From NCBI GenBank assembly GCA_963807965.1, contig CAWEDU010000002.1:14264-78263 (forward strand): a stretch of DNA of 64,000 bases. The letters are read 5' to 3'. Every line of letters begins with the position of its first letter. Positions within the stretch are counted from its first letter, which is position 1. Below are positions 1-10,095 of this stretch, piece after piece. The position numbers and the translations under genes were made by a program. Origin of the DNA: an uncultured Thermoplasmatales archaeon. Its GTDB lineage: Archaea; Thermoplasmatota; Penumbrarchaeia; Penumbrarchaeales; Penumbrarchaeaceae. Below the pieces are notes generated by a model. The model saw nothing but the letters and a program-made list of their open reading frames with translations, was not told where the DNA came from and did no database searches.

Positions 1-991
1 AGCGTGTACATCTGAAATAACAGCGATCCTGCCCACATTCGAGTTCAATTCCATGGTGATCCGGATCGTCTCCTCCAGTCCAGACAGAATCCTATCCCCA
101 TCGATCCCATCCCAAACCTCCACGAACCTGAAGTACTCCTCATCTCTTCTCTTCTTCAGATGGGATGAGAACTCATTGAGCTCTTCCTCTCTCCCCTTAA
201 ATACACCATCTTTCGATCTTTCTAGGACCTTTCCGATCTCCTCGATCCACACATCAAGGTCATGCATCTCTCCTGCAGAATCCTGGAGCGAAACGAGAGC
301 ATCCAATTCCCTGGAAAGACCACCCGCATATATTTCGCTGAAAAGTGCTAGGGAATATCTGAGGTTCTTTGCCGCGATCCTCAACCTGTGCTGCTTTTTT
401 GTACGCTTCCTCAACATGGACACAACCTGAAAGCTTCTTCAGTTCATCCACTCTGCTTAAGATCTCATTCCTGGCCCTTTGGTATAGGGAAAAGGGGTAT
501 GGACCTTTCCTCCCTACGGGTTGGTCAAATTCACCGAGAACTGTTCTGATCTCATCCAGAAATCCGCTTCTGATCGCAACATCGAGGGAGGCTTTGACCA
601 ATTCCTGCTCCTTGATACGTTCATCGAAATAGAGGCCCCTCATCCCCTTTAGAATCTGGTAATACTTCTTGTTCTCATCAAGTGAGAGCCACTCGTCCAG
701 CTTGATGATCCTCACATCGAGGTCCCTTGCATTTCCCAGACCTTTCATCATCCTTTTTGTTTCTAAGATCCAACCCTCGGCCCCATCGAAGATATCACGG
801 AACACGGAAAGCGCGGTCCTCAGCCTTCTGGAGTTGGTCCTGGCCTTATGGACATCTTCCGGGTCCTCCCCTGTAATTGCTCCATCGATGTGCTTTTCGA
901 TCTGGGTGACATAGCCAAGGACCGATCCAGACCCATATCCAGCTTCCGTTATCCAATCTGCTGCAGCCATTTCAAGCCCTACTTGCACCAT
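1..991 (-). CDS. CHAD domain protein, frameshifted as sequenced; reading frame runs off the window start
   Basis: ORF 260..991 carries a CHAD-like helix motif (HKARTNSRRLRTALSVF). After the A6 run (T6 on + strand, 395-400) homology is lost. The +1 frame then reads HRLRIAAKNLRYSLALFSEIY...LQDSAGEMHDLDVW, a typical second CHAD half, and stays open to nt 1. The last residues, GRIAVISDVHA, resemble metallophosphoesterase motif I. The start overlaps the ppk stop by 13 nt. Confidence 0.75.
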
Positions 992-3117
992 AGGCCCCTA
1001 TTCTCTATCATCCATTTCTGGGAGTCTCTGACCTCTTCTCCCTTCCCGGCTACTACCTTCTCATAGGCACCATCAGGTTTGAGTTTCCAGGAGTTTACAT
1101 TATCACCAAGGTGGACCTGGAGGATCTTGTTGAAGAGGTCCTTCTTGATCTTGGGCATCCGTATGGGATATAGGACCTCGACCCTTCTGTCCAGATTCCG
1201 TGGCATCATATCAGCGCTTCCGATAATAATCTCACCGTCCCCATTATTCCTGAAATAATAGACCCTGGCATGTTCTAGGAACCTGCCAACTATTGAAGTG
1301 ACCGTAATATTCTCACTGATCCCACGCATCCCCGGTCTTATACAGCAAAGGCCGCGAACATTGAGGTCCACCCTCACTCCTGCCATTGAAGCTTTGTATA
1401 AAGCCTTGATCACATCTCTATCCACCAGCTGGTTCATCTTCATCGCGATGTATCCTCCACCCTTCTTCTTGTGGAGGGAGATCTCCCTTTCTATTCGTTC
1501 GATCATACCAGTCCTGATCATCCGGGGAGCCACGATCAATCTCTTGAAATCCTCCATAGAGGAATACCCTGTAAGATAGTTGAAAAGTCTTGTGACATCC
1601 TCACCTGTCTCTTTATCAGCTGTGAGATAACCGATATCAGCATATACCCTGGCAGTTGCGGCATTATAGTTTCCGGTACCGATATGGGTATACCTTGAGA
1701 TACCATCTCCTTCCTTCCTGATGACCTGGCACATCTTGGCATGGACCTTGAAGTCGGTATGACCATACACGACATGGACACCTTCGCGCTCGAGAGCTCT
1801 GGCCCAGTTGATATTGTTCTCCTCATCGAACCTGGCCTTCAATTCCACAATGGCGGCCACTGCTTTTCCGTTCTCCCTTGCATCCAGCAGGGCCTTGATG
1901 ATCCTTGATTTCGGGTCCACTCTGTAAAGACAGATCTTGATCGAAAGGACATCAGGGTCCTCTGCTGCTTGTTCGAGGAACTTGATTATCAATTCAAAAC
2001 TATCATAGGGATGATAGAGAAGAATGTCCCTCTTGCTGATCTCGAGGAAAATATCCTCAACCTTCTTGAAACGAGAAGGCCTGAATGGCAAGAAGGGTGT
2101 ATCCTTGAGATCTGGTCTGTCCAATTTCTGGATCTGCATCAGGTCAGAAAGTCCTAGCGGAATGCACATACGGTAAACTTGGTCCTGTTCGATGAGCAGG
2201 TTCCTCGCAAAAAGACCAAGCAGATCATCCGGTATGGATTCCTCTACCTCAAGTCTGATCGGTCTTCCGATCCTTCGGGTCTCGATCGAATCCTCTATGG
2301 CGGTCAAAAGGTCGGATGCTTCATCGATCTCGATCTCCACCTCGGCATTCCTGGTGATCCTGAATGGAAAGTAGCTCAGGACGGTCATACCGGGAAACAG
2401 CATATCGAGGTTCAATGCCAGGAGGTCCTCCAGGAGGATCAATCTCTCTTTCTTCTTCCCCTCACCGCTTCCTGGGACCCTGATGAACCTTGGAAACAGG
2501 TCAGTGGGAACTTTGATCCTGGCATATTTTTCACCCTTTTTCATTCCCTTGATCACCACAGCCAGATTCAGGCTTAGATTGGAAATGAAGGGGAATGGAT
2601 GTGCAAGGTCCATTGCAAGGGGGGTCAGTGTGGGAAATATATGATCCTCGAAATAGATCCTGAGCTGCTCCTTCTCATGGTCCTTGAGGTCTTTAACACC
2701 GCATATCTCGATACCCTCAGCTTTTAACTGGGGAAGGAGTTTCATCTTCCAGCTTGTATCGGCCTTTTTTAAGATCTCATGGACCCTTATTCGGATCCTC
2801 TTGAGCTGTTCCTGCGGGGTTAGGCCGTCCGGGGGAGGGCGAAGGGCACCCTTTTTCATCTGCCTCATGAGGGCGGCAACCCTGACCATAAAGAACTCAT
2901 CCAGATTGCTGTGGGTGATGGCCAAGAACTTGGTCTTTTCCAGAAGGGGATGGGATTCGCCCAGGGCTTCTTCCAAGACATGGCTGTTGAACTCAAGCCA
3001 GCTGAGCTCCCTGTTGATGTACAACGATCTATCATCCAGAGAGATCTCACTGGGATCATCCGGGGTCGATGTCTTCCTACCAACCTTCTTCCTTGCTTTA
3101 CGATTACTGGGAGTCAT
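979..3117 (-). CDS. ppk: polyphosphate kinase 1
   Basis: 727-aa ORF with a classic PPK1 N-terminus (DRSLYINRELSWLEFNSHVLEEA) and full-length PPK1-like sequence. The ORF opens at TTG 3162; ATG 3117 is more likely, lying about 30 nt downstream of an AT-rich TATA-like box. Confidence 0.9.
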   Translation of the reverse strand: MTPSNRKARKKVGRKTSTPDDPSEISLDDRSLYINRELSWLEFNSHVLEEALGESHPLLEKTKFLAITHSNLDEFFMVRVAALMRQMKKGALRPPPDGLTPQEQLKRIRIRVHEILKKADTSWKMKLLPQLKAEGIEICGVKDLKDHEKEQLRIYFEDHIFPTLTPLAMDLAHPFPFISNLSLNLAVVIKGMKKGEKYARIKVPTDLFPRFIRVPGSGEGKKKERLILLEDLLALNLDMLFPGMTVLSYFPFRITRNAEVEIEIDEASDLLTAIEDSIETRRIGRPIRLEVEESIPDDLLGLFARNLLIEQDQVYRMCIPLGLSDLMQIQKLDRPDLKDTPFLPFRPSRFKKVEDIFLEISKRDILLYHPYDSFELIIKFLEQAAEDPDVLSIKICLYRVDPKSRIIKALLDARENGKAVAAIVELKARFDEENNINWARALEREGVHVVYGHTDFKVHAKMCQVIRKEGDGISRYTHIGTGNYNAATARVYADIGYLTADKETGEDVTRLFNYLTGYSSMEDFKRLIVAPRMIRTGMIERIEREISLHKKKGGGYIAMKMNQLVDRDVIKALYKASMAGVRVDLNVRGLCCIRPGMRGISENITVTSIVGRFLEHARVYYFRNNGDGEIIIGSADMMPRNLDRRVEVLYPIRMPKIKKDLFNKILQVHLGDNVNSWKLKPDGAYEKVVAGKGEEVRDSQKWMIENRGLWCK

Positions 3118-3270
3118 GATCTTCACGGGAGTGTGATAATAGGATGCATATGATATTTTCAATTTGCCCTGGGTTTTTTTTTACAGATCAAAGGAATGGA
3201 GCATTTGCAAATATGAGCCAGAACCTGATTCCAATGAACTCTTTATTAATCGGAACCACATTTACCTTCC

Positions 3271-4657
3271 ATGGATGAAGAGATGTTCTCCGAAGTGGAA
3301 CCGTTCAGGATAAAAATGGTGGAACCGATCTCCATGCCGACCAGAAAGGATAGGGAGAAGTTCATCGAAGAAGCCGGACTCAACGTTTTTCTGATCAAGG
3401 GGGAGAACATCTTCATTGATCTTCTGACAGACTCTGGAACAGGTGCAATGTCAGACCGGCAGTGGGCAGGATTGATGATGGGTGACGAGACATATGCCGG
3501 ATCAAGGAACTTCTACAATCTTGAATCTGCAGTGAGGGATATTTTGGATTTCGAATATCTCCTTCCCTGCCACCAGGGAAGGGGTGCTGAGAACGTCCTT
3601 CATACTGCCCTGATAAAAGATGGTGACGTGATCCCGGGAAACACACATTTCGACACGACAAAGGCCCATATCGAACACAATCTGGGAAAAGCCATGGATT
3701 GTACGATAGAGGAGGCGGCAGATCCCTACAAGGACCATCCGTTCAAAGGAAACCTGGACCTTGAGAAAGTTGGAATCCATTTACAAGGAATATGGAAAGG
3801 GATCGATCCCGTTCACTGTTGTAACTGCCACTTGTAACAGTGGAGGCGGGCAACCGGTTTCTTTGGAGAACATGAGAGCTGTGAAAGCACTCTCTGACAA
3901 ATATGGGATCCCGGTCTGTCTCGATGGTGCAAGGTACGCGGAAAACTGCTACTTCATCAAGAGAAGGGAACCGGGGATGGAAAAATACTCCATCAAGGAG
4001 ATCGCCAAGTTGCAGGCTGACTGCTTCGATATCATGACCATGTCAGCAAAAAAAGATGCTATCGTCAACATTGGTGGTTTCGTTGCTACCAGACATGCTG
4101 ACATTTACGACAAGATCAAGAACTTCGGCATTCTCTTCGAAGGTTTTGTCACCTACGGAGGTCTTGCCGGAAGGGACCTCGAAGCTATTGCCAGGGGTTT
4201 ATACGAAGGGATAGATGAGAGCTATCTCTCCTATAGAATAGGACAGGTGAGGTATCTTGGAGAGAGATTGAAGGCAGAGGGCATACCAGTCCTTTGGCCC
4301 CCCGGGGGCCATGCTATATATCTCGATATGAAGAAGTTCCTTCCCCATATTCCCCAGGACCAATTCCCCGGCATGGCTTTTTGTGCGCATTTATATGTTG
4401 AATCAGGTGTAAGAGGTGTGGAGATCGGAACTCTACTGAACGGAAGGGACCCTAAAACAGGGAAGAACAGACCTGCCAAGCTTGAACTGGTCAGATTGAC
4501 CATACCGAGAAGGGTCTATACCCACCGGCATATGGACTATGTAGTGAAATCTGTGAAGAAGGTATGGGAGATCAGAGAGTCCATCAAGGGATTCGAGCTC
4601 ACTGACGAACCTCCTGTTCTGAGGCACTTCACTGCCAGATTCAAATGGGCCGAGTGA
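3271..4657 (+). CDS. tnaA: tryptophanase / tyrosine phenol-lyase (beta-eliminating lyase), split by a frameshift
   Basis: ORFs 3271..3837 and 3761..4657 are one gene. The first reads EPFRIKMVEPI...GTGAMSDRQWAGLMMGDETYAGSRNFY. The second reads KLESIYKEYGKGSIPFTVVTATCNSGGGQPVS and contains the PLP-lysine motif MSAKKDAIVNIGG. The join is ...GNLDLEK|LESIY at A-run 3766-3768 (+1). Confidence 0.85.
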
Positions 4658-5012
4658 GATCGATCCCGAGCTCCTTTCTTACTTCCTTCCCCAAAGATGA
4701 AAACACAAGGTCGTATGAATGGTCTATCATACCAAGCACCTTTTCATCAGGTATCGATCCATCCAGTATAACAGTGTTCCAATGGCGCTTGTTCATATGA
4801 TAACCAGGAAGTATCGATCGATATTCCTCTCTCAAAGCCTCCGCCAGGAAGGGATCGCATTTCAAATTGACACGGGGGATCTTCTCTCCGAGGTCTGTCA
4901 GGGCAAATATCTTTCCACCAATACGAAAGACAAGTGTGGTCTCATCGAAGGGGAAGTCCTCTGTTGATCCTACCTTGGATCTGCAGGCCCCTAACAGATC
5001 ATTCATATCCAA
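4641..5012 (-). CDS. MmcQ/YjbR family DNA-binding protein
   Basis: 123 aa with the YjbR signature PGYHMNKRHWNTV. Abuts the upstream gene end to end. Confidence 0.75.
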   Translation of the reverse strand: MDMNDLLGACRSKVGSTEDFPFDETTLVFRIGGKIFALTDLGEKIPRVNLKCDPFLAEALREEYRSILPGYHMNKRHWNTVILDGSIPDEKVLGMIDHSYDLVFSSLGKEVRKELGIDLTRPI

Positions 5013-5810
5013 TCAGATGACCTCCCTTTCCAGGTCTTCGATCTTCGTTTGAATGGTATTGAAAGCTTCGTCAACCTTTTCTTTCCTTCCAGTAATTCTG
5101 ATGATCACCATCATCGGCCCCTGGGGATATGAACCTACATCGAGAGATGGATATGATACCTGAAGGTCCTCGAGAATGTCAGATATTTGGCTCTCCTTTC
5201 CCTTGAAAGGGATCTCACGGAACCTTTGATCATCAGGATCGGATTCAGGAAGAAGCAGTGGGAATTCATTTCCTCCGATTATGGCCTTGTATTCTACTGG
5301 AACACCAGGAACGATAAGTATGGAGGTCCTTCCGTCGCTGGTCCGACCGAAAAGGCCTTCTGCCATACCAGAGCTGTTCCTTATCGGGGAGAATCCTTCT
5401 GGAATGGTTGCCATCTTCCTGATCCCCTTACTGGAAGGAGATGTCATTTCCCGGTCTGGATACCTTTTTCTGAATTTTCTTATCATCCTATCTTCGGTCT
5501 CTCTGTGGAGCGAGAGGTCCAGTCCAAGAGCATCAGCAATTGAATCCACGGTGATATCATCGTGGGTCGGACCCATTCCTCCAGTAACCACTACAAAGTC
5601 GAATCCCTCTTCAACGATCCCCTTCAACTGTGAGGAGATCTCTCCCTTTCTGTCAGGGACGATGATCCATCTTGAAAGCCTTAGTCCCCTCTCAAGGAGG
5701 ATCTCAGTGAGGAATTGGGTATTGGTGTCCCTGGTCCTTCCAAGAAGGATCTCATTACCAACCACAAGAGTGGCGATCCAAGGCATCCTCCCGTCTGACA
5801 TTTCCTTCAT
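5013..5810 (-). CDS. CinA-like molybdopterin-binding (MoCF_biosynth) domain protein
   Basis: N-terminus reads VGNEILLGRTRDTNTQFL...VVVTGGMGPTHDDIT, typical of CinA/MoaB-fold proteins. ATGA overlap with the upstream gene. Confidence 0.75.
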   Translation of the reverse strand: MKEMSDGRMPWIATLVVGNEILLGRTRDTNTQFLTEILLERGLRLSRWIIVPDRKGEISSQLKGIVEEGFDFVVVTGGMGPTHDDITVDSIADALGLDLSLHRETEDRMIRKFRKRYPDREMTSPSSKGIRKMATIPEGFSPIRNSSGMAEGLFGRTSDGRTSILIVPGVPVEYKAIIGGNEFPLLLPESDPDDQRFREIPFKGKESQISDILEDLQVSYPSLDVGSYPQGPMMVIIRITGRKEKVDEAFNTIQTKIEDLEREVI

Positions 5811-7936
5811 TCGATCGACCTTTCAACTTTCTCCAATTCCATGTTATCGGCGGGAAGAACGGACATCACTTGTTCCATCTCCCCACCAAGTTCGGCAGCT
5901 AACGACCTTACCGCATCGGATTTCTTGGTCTTTCCAGGTCTGATCCTGAAATAAGAACCTTTGCATATGGCAGCAACTGCACTTTCCGGTCCGAACATTA
6001 TCTTGGGAACTCCTTCCACGTAAATGGTCCCGGCTGCTCCCACAAGAGGAAGTTTATCCACCATGTTCTTCTTTCCTCTGACAATAAAGGAACCTTTTGC
6101 AACGAACTCCCCGGATTGTGCGGTTCTGGATACCTGGTCGGGCAATACCCAATAAGCTCCAGCGGAACCGACCTTGGCATTCCAGGCCTTGGAATATAGT
6201 ACAGATAGATGGCAACCCTGGACCTTGGATTCCTCTACTATCTCCTGCTCATCTTCAGCCCTGATAACAACACTTGCAGCTCCGGAAATATCCGCGTGAG
6301 CATAAATGTCATTGTCCCTCATGTACTTCTTCACAACCCTCTCATTGGACCTGGCATCCCTCCCAGCTATCATGAGAGTTCCGTCCGATGAGAAGCACCA
6401 TCTGAAGGTCTCGAACCAGAACTTCCTCAACTTCTTCTTGATCTTCTCTAACTGCTCTACCCTATCATCGTCCTCTTTTTGGGCCTTTTCGATCTTATCC
6501 TTTGTCATTCTAATGGCCTTATCTATACCTTCTATCTTCTTTCTGGCCTTCTTTGAGGCTTCATAGAGCCTGTCAGCATTCTGGTTGATATCCATCGAGA
6601 GAACAAGGTCCACCTCCTCCTCCCCTCTGTCGGTTACAACCTTTACCCTTAGAGAGATGTCCCCCCTATCGTTAGAGGTAAAGGACTTAACATCGGGGAA
6701 TAAAGATCGGTCCTCCCTGAATGCTTCGATGGTGAAACCTTTGAGGAGGTCGTCGATCGCCTGATAGTGGACGTAAAGGGCATCCGCGTGAACTTTTGAG
6801 GATACCGCCTCCTCTTCCCTATCCTCCCTAGCCTTCTCCTGACTTCTCAGGAGCTTTCCAAGTTTATCCACTACCCTCTCCTTCTTCCGATCCTTTTCAG
6901 GGACCGGTGAGGTCTCCTCGAACATGAAGGTCTCGATCGCCTGGTTGATTGACCCTATTCCTCTGAAATGGTCATCAACCTCTCGGGTCACAGATGCCTC
7001 GAACCTGCTCATTGCGACATTCACATCCCGTGTATCGAAGAAAGATGTAAGGAAGAATGGTTCGAGGATGGAAGGTTCCCCTCTATGAAAATAGACATAG
7101 ACATCCATGCCTGATTCGATGTCCTCCATTATCTTGTTGAATACGGACCATAGGTCCTCTCTCTGGTCCGGTATAAGGGCTGGAATGGAGGTCTTCTTCT
7201 CAATTCCTACACGAAAACATACTTCCTCTGCGATCGCAGGAGGAAGATTTGTTCTCCTTATCAGGAATCTGACAAGATCGTCTGTTGATGAAGCCAGGAA
7301 TATGTCGAAATCCTCCTTGGTGATCTTGAAGGGGTCGGGACCAGATGGGGGAGGAGAGAATACCTCCCCTCTCTTCACTATACGTGAAGACCATGATCGA
7401 GATGTGAAAGCTGTCTCTATCTCCTCCCCCTTGACGATTATGGCATTTCCATCACCGAAGAGTTCCAGGTAGAGCTTCCTCTCCTCTTCTTCTCCCGGAA
7501 GGGGATTGAATGTAAGAACAACTATCCGGTCCATCTTCACCTGGGCGATATTGTTAAGGATCCTGTTCTTCAATGATTTTCTGAGCTTCATAGCAAAATG
7601 CGAGGGCTCCTTGGGCATATCGCTGCTTATCTGGGGAGAAAAGAACAGAAAACCACCCATTCTGAAGTACAGGTCGAACTTTGCATAACTCCCAATACCC
7701 TCATTGAGGGATATGCCTTCTACCTCTACCTCTTCATCCTTCGTTTCATTCCCAAGTATCCTCTGGATGAAAGGATGGTCTCCCCTTTCCTTTAGGAGCT
7801 CCTTCCGGATCGCGAAACGGAGGACAAGAGTGCCGTAATCAAGCTGATATGCCTTTTGAAAGAAGGCGCCCTCAAGTACCTTGGCCTCCTCTACCACCTT
7901 TCTAACAGCAATCGAGGAAAGGCTCTTCTTCATCAT
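5807..7936 (-). CDS. NFACT-family protein (archaeal Rqc2/NEMF/FbpA homologue, ribosome quality control)
   Basis: NFACT-N-like start (FFQKAYQLDYGTLVLRF), a central coiled coil, and an NFACT-R/DUF814-like DIYAHADISGAASVVIR. The ORF opens at GTG 7957; ATG 7936 lies 25-31 nt from TATA-like TTTATAA. Confidence 0.8.
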   Translation of the reverse strand: MMKKSLSSIAVRKVVEEAKVLEGAFFQKAYQLDYGTLVLRFAIRKELLKERGDHPFIQRILGNETKDEEVEVEGISLNEGIGSYAKFDLYFRMGGFLFFSPQISSDMPKEPSHFAMKLRKSLKNRILNNIAQVKMDRIVVLTFNPLPGEEEERKLYLELFGDGNAIIVKGEEIETAFTSRSWSSRIVKRGEVFSPPPSGPDPFKITKEDFDIFLASSTDDLVRFLIRRTNLPPAIAEEVCFRVGIEKKTSIPALIPDQREDLWSVFNKIMEDIESGMDVYVYFHRGEPSILEPFFLTSFFDTRDVNVAMSRFEASVTREVDDHFRGIGSINQAIETFMFEETSPVPEKDRKKERVVDKLGKLLRSQEKAREDREEEAVSSKVHADALYVHYQAIDDLLKGFTIEAFREDRSLFPDVKSFTSNDRGDISLRVKVVTDRGEEEVDLVLSMDINQNADRLYEASKKARKKIEGIDKAIRMTKDKIEKAQKEDDDRVEQLEKIKKKLRKFWFETFRWCFSSDGTLMIAGRDARSNERVVKKYMRDNDIYAHADISGAASVVIRAEDEQEIVEESKVQGCHLSVLYSKAWNAKVGSAGAYWVLPDQVSRTAQSGEFVAKGSFIVRGKKNMVDKLPLVGAAGTIYVEGVPKIMFGPESAVAAICKGSYFRIRPGKTKKSDAVRSLAAELGGEMEQVMSVLPADNMELEKVERSIE

Positions 7937-7960
7937 GTGGCCGAGACATAAGGTCACTTA

Positions 7961-7967
7961 TTTATAA
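7961..7967 (-). promoter_or_regulatory. TATA-like box upstream of the Rqc2-like gene (probable leaderless transcript)
   Basis: TTTATAA lies 25-31 nt upstream of ATG 7936, inside a 100-nt AT-rich divergent intergenic region. Confidence 0.35.
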
Positions 7968-7998
7968 TCTATGAGTGTTCGGACATTCCATAGTTGGA

Positions 7999-8052
7999 TT
8001 TATAAAAAATGTCGTGTTATACCTCTTATATAATCATAGGTTCAAAGGAGGG
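7999..8052 (+). promoter_or_regulatory. TATA-like boxes plus Shine-Dalgarno for the 662-aa gene
   Basis: TTTATAAAAAA (7999-8009) and CTTATATAATC (8025-8035), followed by AAGGAGGG (8045-8052) 6 nt before ATG 8058. Confidence 0.4.
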
Positions 8053-8057
8053 TCCTT

Positions 8058-10046
8058 ATGGAGGAAGAAGAGATAGTCGATATTGAGAGGAAGTTGGTTG
8101 GCAGGGTCCCATATGCATACAATCTGAAAAAGGGGACCACCACCCTGGAGGCCGACTCGGGTTTTGGAAGAGTGGGAGCGAAGATGGACCCGAGGACAGG
8201 AGCCCTGATGTACGAGAAGTTCGAGGACTGGATCACCAAGGAGAAAAAGGAGAGAGAAATCATAGAAGAAGCAAATATCAGGTTTTCTGATGATTCCTCG
8301 GCAATAATTGAATTCCTCGAATCAGAGAAGGTCCACCTTGGGATCGATTCCTCGATAAGGGACCACTCATCAAGGGGTGTAATTTCGGTCAACAACAGGT
8401 CTGAGAAGGACAGGGTCTGGGATGTTGGAGTTGGGATCCATGAAGAGTCCGGAGTTGCAGAACTGGATTTCAACGAGGTTACTTCCAATGAGATAGAACT
8501 CGGAAAGATGGTCTCAAGAACATATGGCATGTACCTGCCAGGACCATCTATTGCCATCGAAGAGGCTATAACCACAGATCCGGACCTGCCTGAATCAAGA
8601 GTGATCATTACCGGGAAACAGGCTCATATCGTATTCCAGATCGGAATGAAGAACCTGGCCCCCATCTCATACGGTTCCCTTGTCCTGACAAAAGAATTAC
8701 CAAAGGAGCTCAAGAACATTATTTTCCCTGGAGATATCACAGAAGATGTAAAGGTCGAAGATGGGAGACTTGTCTGGCGTATAGAGGAGTTGAGATCCCT
8801 TGATATGAAGGTTCTCAGATATGAAGCGGATATAACAGCTCCTGGCCAGGATATGATACCAGCAGGTAACATACATCTGACCGCAAAGGGTGACGATATC
8901 ATTTCCAATATCGTTGTGGACTCCTTTGAAGCAATGTGCCGGAACATGTACTTCATCGAGGCTGACGAGACCGAGGAACCAGGTGAGTGGGTATGCCGTT
9001 TCGTTGTGGAGAACACTTCAGATTTCGAGGTGGAGGTGATGATGGTGGAGGTGAAGGATTCCGAAGCAGGGAATATCTATCTGAATATGGAAAGGAACAA
9101 CATATACGTTCCTCCTGGTGAAAGGTGGGAATCCGACTCCTGGCTGGTCACAAGGTCCGAGAGACCGTCCTTCATAAAGAACCTGGTCCTCAATGTCATC
9201 CCGGGACTCATCAAGAAGACCAACTACGAACTTGAAAAGGAAGGTGGGGATCTCTTCCCTGCTGGGCTGTTGTTCAAGAAATCATTTGACAAGGCTCGAG
9301 TGGAGGCGAAGAGGGATACGGAAATAACTGCCCAGATGGTAATCGAGAATACCTCTGGGGCAGATATCGACCACCTTTTCATCAGGGACACTCTTCCTGC
9401 CTACTTCCTTCCACCATCTCCATCAATGCTTAGAGTGGAGAAAGGTGGTATCGAGCTCAGGGACAACGTGGGGATCCATGTTGAACCGGATAATGTTGAT
9501 CCTTCCAATGAACAGAAGTTCTTCATACGAATAGACGATCTTTCTGAGAATGGAGGAACTCTTGCACGTGGAGAGAAGATAATAATCAGGTATACCACCA
9601 CCATTCACAGACCTGAACCTGAACAGACCCTTCGCGCTCCCGCCGAGGTGGATGCAAGGACAATGCTTCCAGGGCCAGTTGTCTCGGCAAAAGATGAGGC
9701 CGGGGCCCCAGTTGTTCAAACCATGCAGGTCCTGAGAAGATTCTCGGTAGGGAAGTCCATAGAACAAGGAAAGGAGTCCGGAGAATACCATATAGAGCTC
9801 CTTTACCGCAACAGGGGCAACAATCCGATCTCACAGCTCATGCTCCGCGACATCATACCTGAGAACTTCAAGGCCACGAATTATTCGCTTGAACCCCGCC
9901 AGGAACCTACTCCAGAAGGTATAACCATCCTGGAATGGATCATCGAGAAGGTCCAACCTGGTCAATCGATAGTGATATCTTATTCCATCACAGGTCAGGG
10001 AGAGTTCCATCCCAGGGACGCCCAAATATTCTACAACTCAAGGTAG
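8058..10046 (+). CDS. hypothetical protein, no signal peptide, several beta-sandwich-like (DUF11/CARDB-like) modules
   Basis: Intact 662-aa ORF with a strong SD. Module-like strings recur: VENTSDFEVEVMMVEVKD, IENTSGADIDHLFIRDTLP, YRNRGNNPISQLMLRDIIPENF. The N-terminus is acidic and has no hydrophobic leader. Confidence 0.6.
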   Translation: MEEEEIVDIERKLVGRVPYAYNLKKGTTTLEADSGFGRVGAKMDPRTGALMYEKFEDWITKEKKEREIIEEANIRFSDDSSAIIEFLESEKVHLGIDSSIRDHSSRGVISVNNRSEKDRVWDVGVGIHEESGVAELDFNEVTSNEIELGKMVSRTYGMYLPGPSIAIEEAITTDPDLPESRVIITGKQAHIVFQIGMKNLAPISYGSLVLTKELPKELKNIIFPGDITEDVKVEDGRLVWRIEELRSLDMKVLRYEADITAPGQDMIPAGNIHLTAKGDDIISNIVVDSFEAMCRNMYFIEADETEEPGEWVCRFVVENTSDFEVEVMMVEVKDSEAGNIYLNMERNNIYVPPGERWESDSWLVTRSERPSFIKNLVLNVIPGLIKKTNYELEKEGGDLFPAGLLFKKSFDKARVEAKRDTEITAQMVIENTSGADIDHLFIRDTLPAYFLPPSPSMLRVEKGGIELRDNVGIHVEPDNVDPSNEQKFFIRIDDLSENGGTLARGEKIIIRYTTTIHRPEPEQTLRAPAEVDARTMLPGPVVSAKDEAGAPVVQTMQVLRRFSVGKSIEQGKESGEYHIELLYRNRGNNPISQLMLRDIIPENFKATNYSLEPRQEPTPEGITILEWIIEKVQPGQSIVISYSITGQGEFHPRDAQIFYNSR

Positions 10047-10095
10047 ATAGGAACCATTGATTCATATTTTTCAATGTGTCCTAGTTCATATCAGG

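Noticed and set aside
53-430. Plus-strand ORF (125 aa) and similar Ser/Leu/Pro-rich ORFs antisense to long genes, for example 8042..8608, 5281..5943, 32741..33379, 36719..37297, 53007..53378 and 63351..63758
   Set aside because: They have low-complexity composition typical of antisense translation. Each is fully embedded in a strongly supported gene on the other strand or in another frame, and none has an SD or TATA context.
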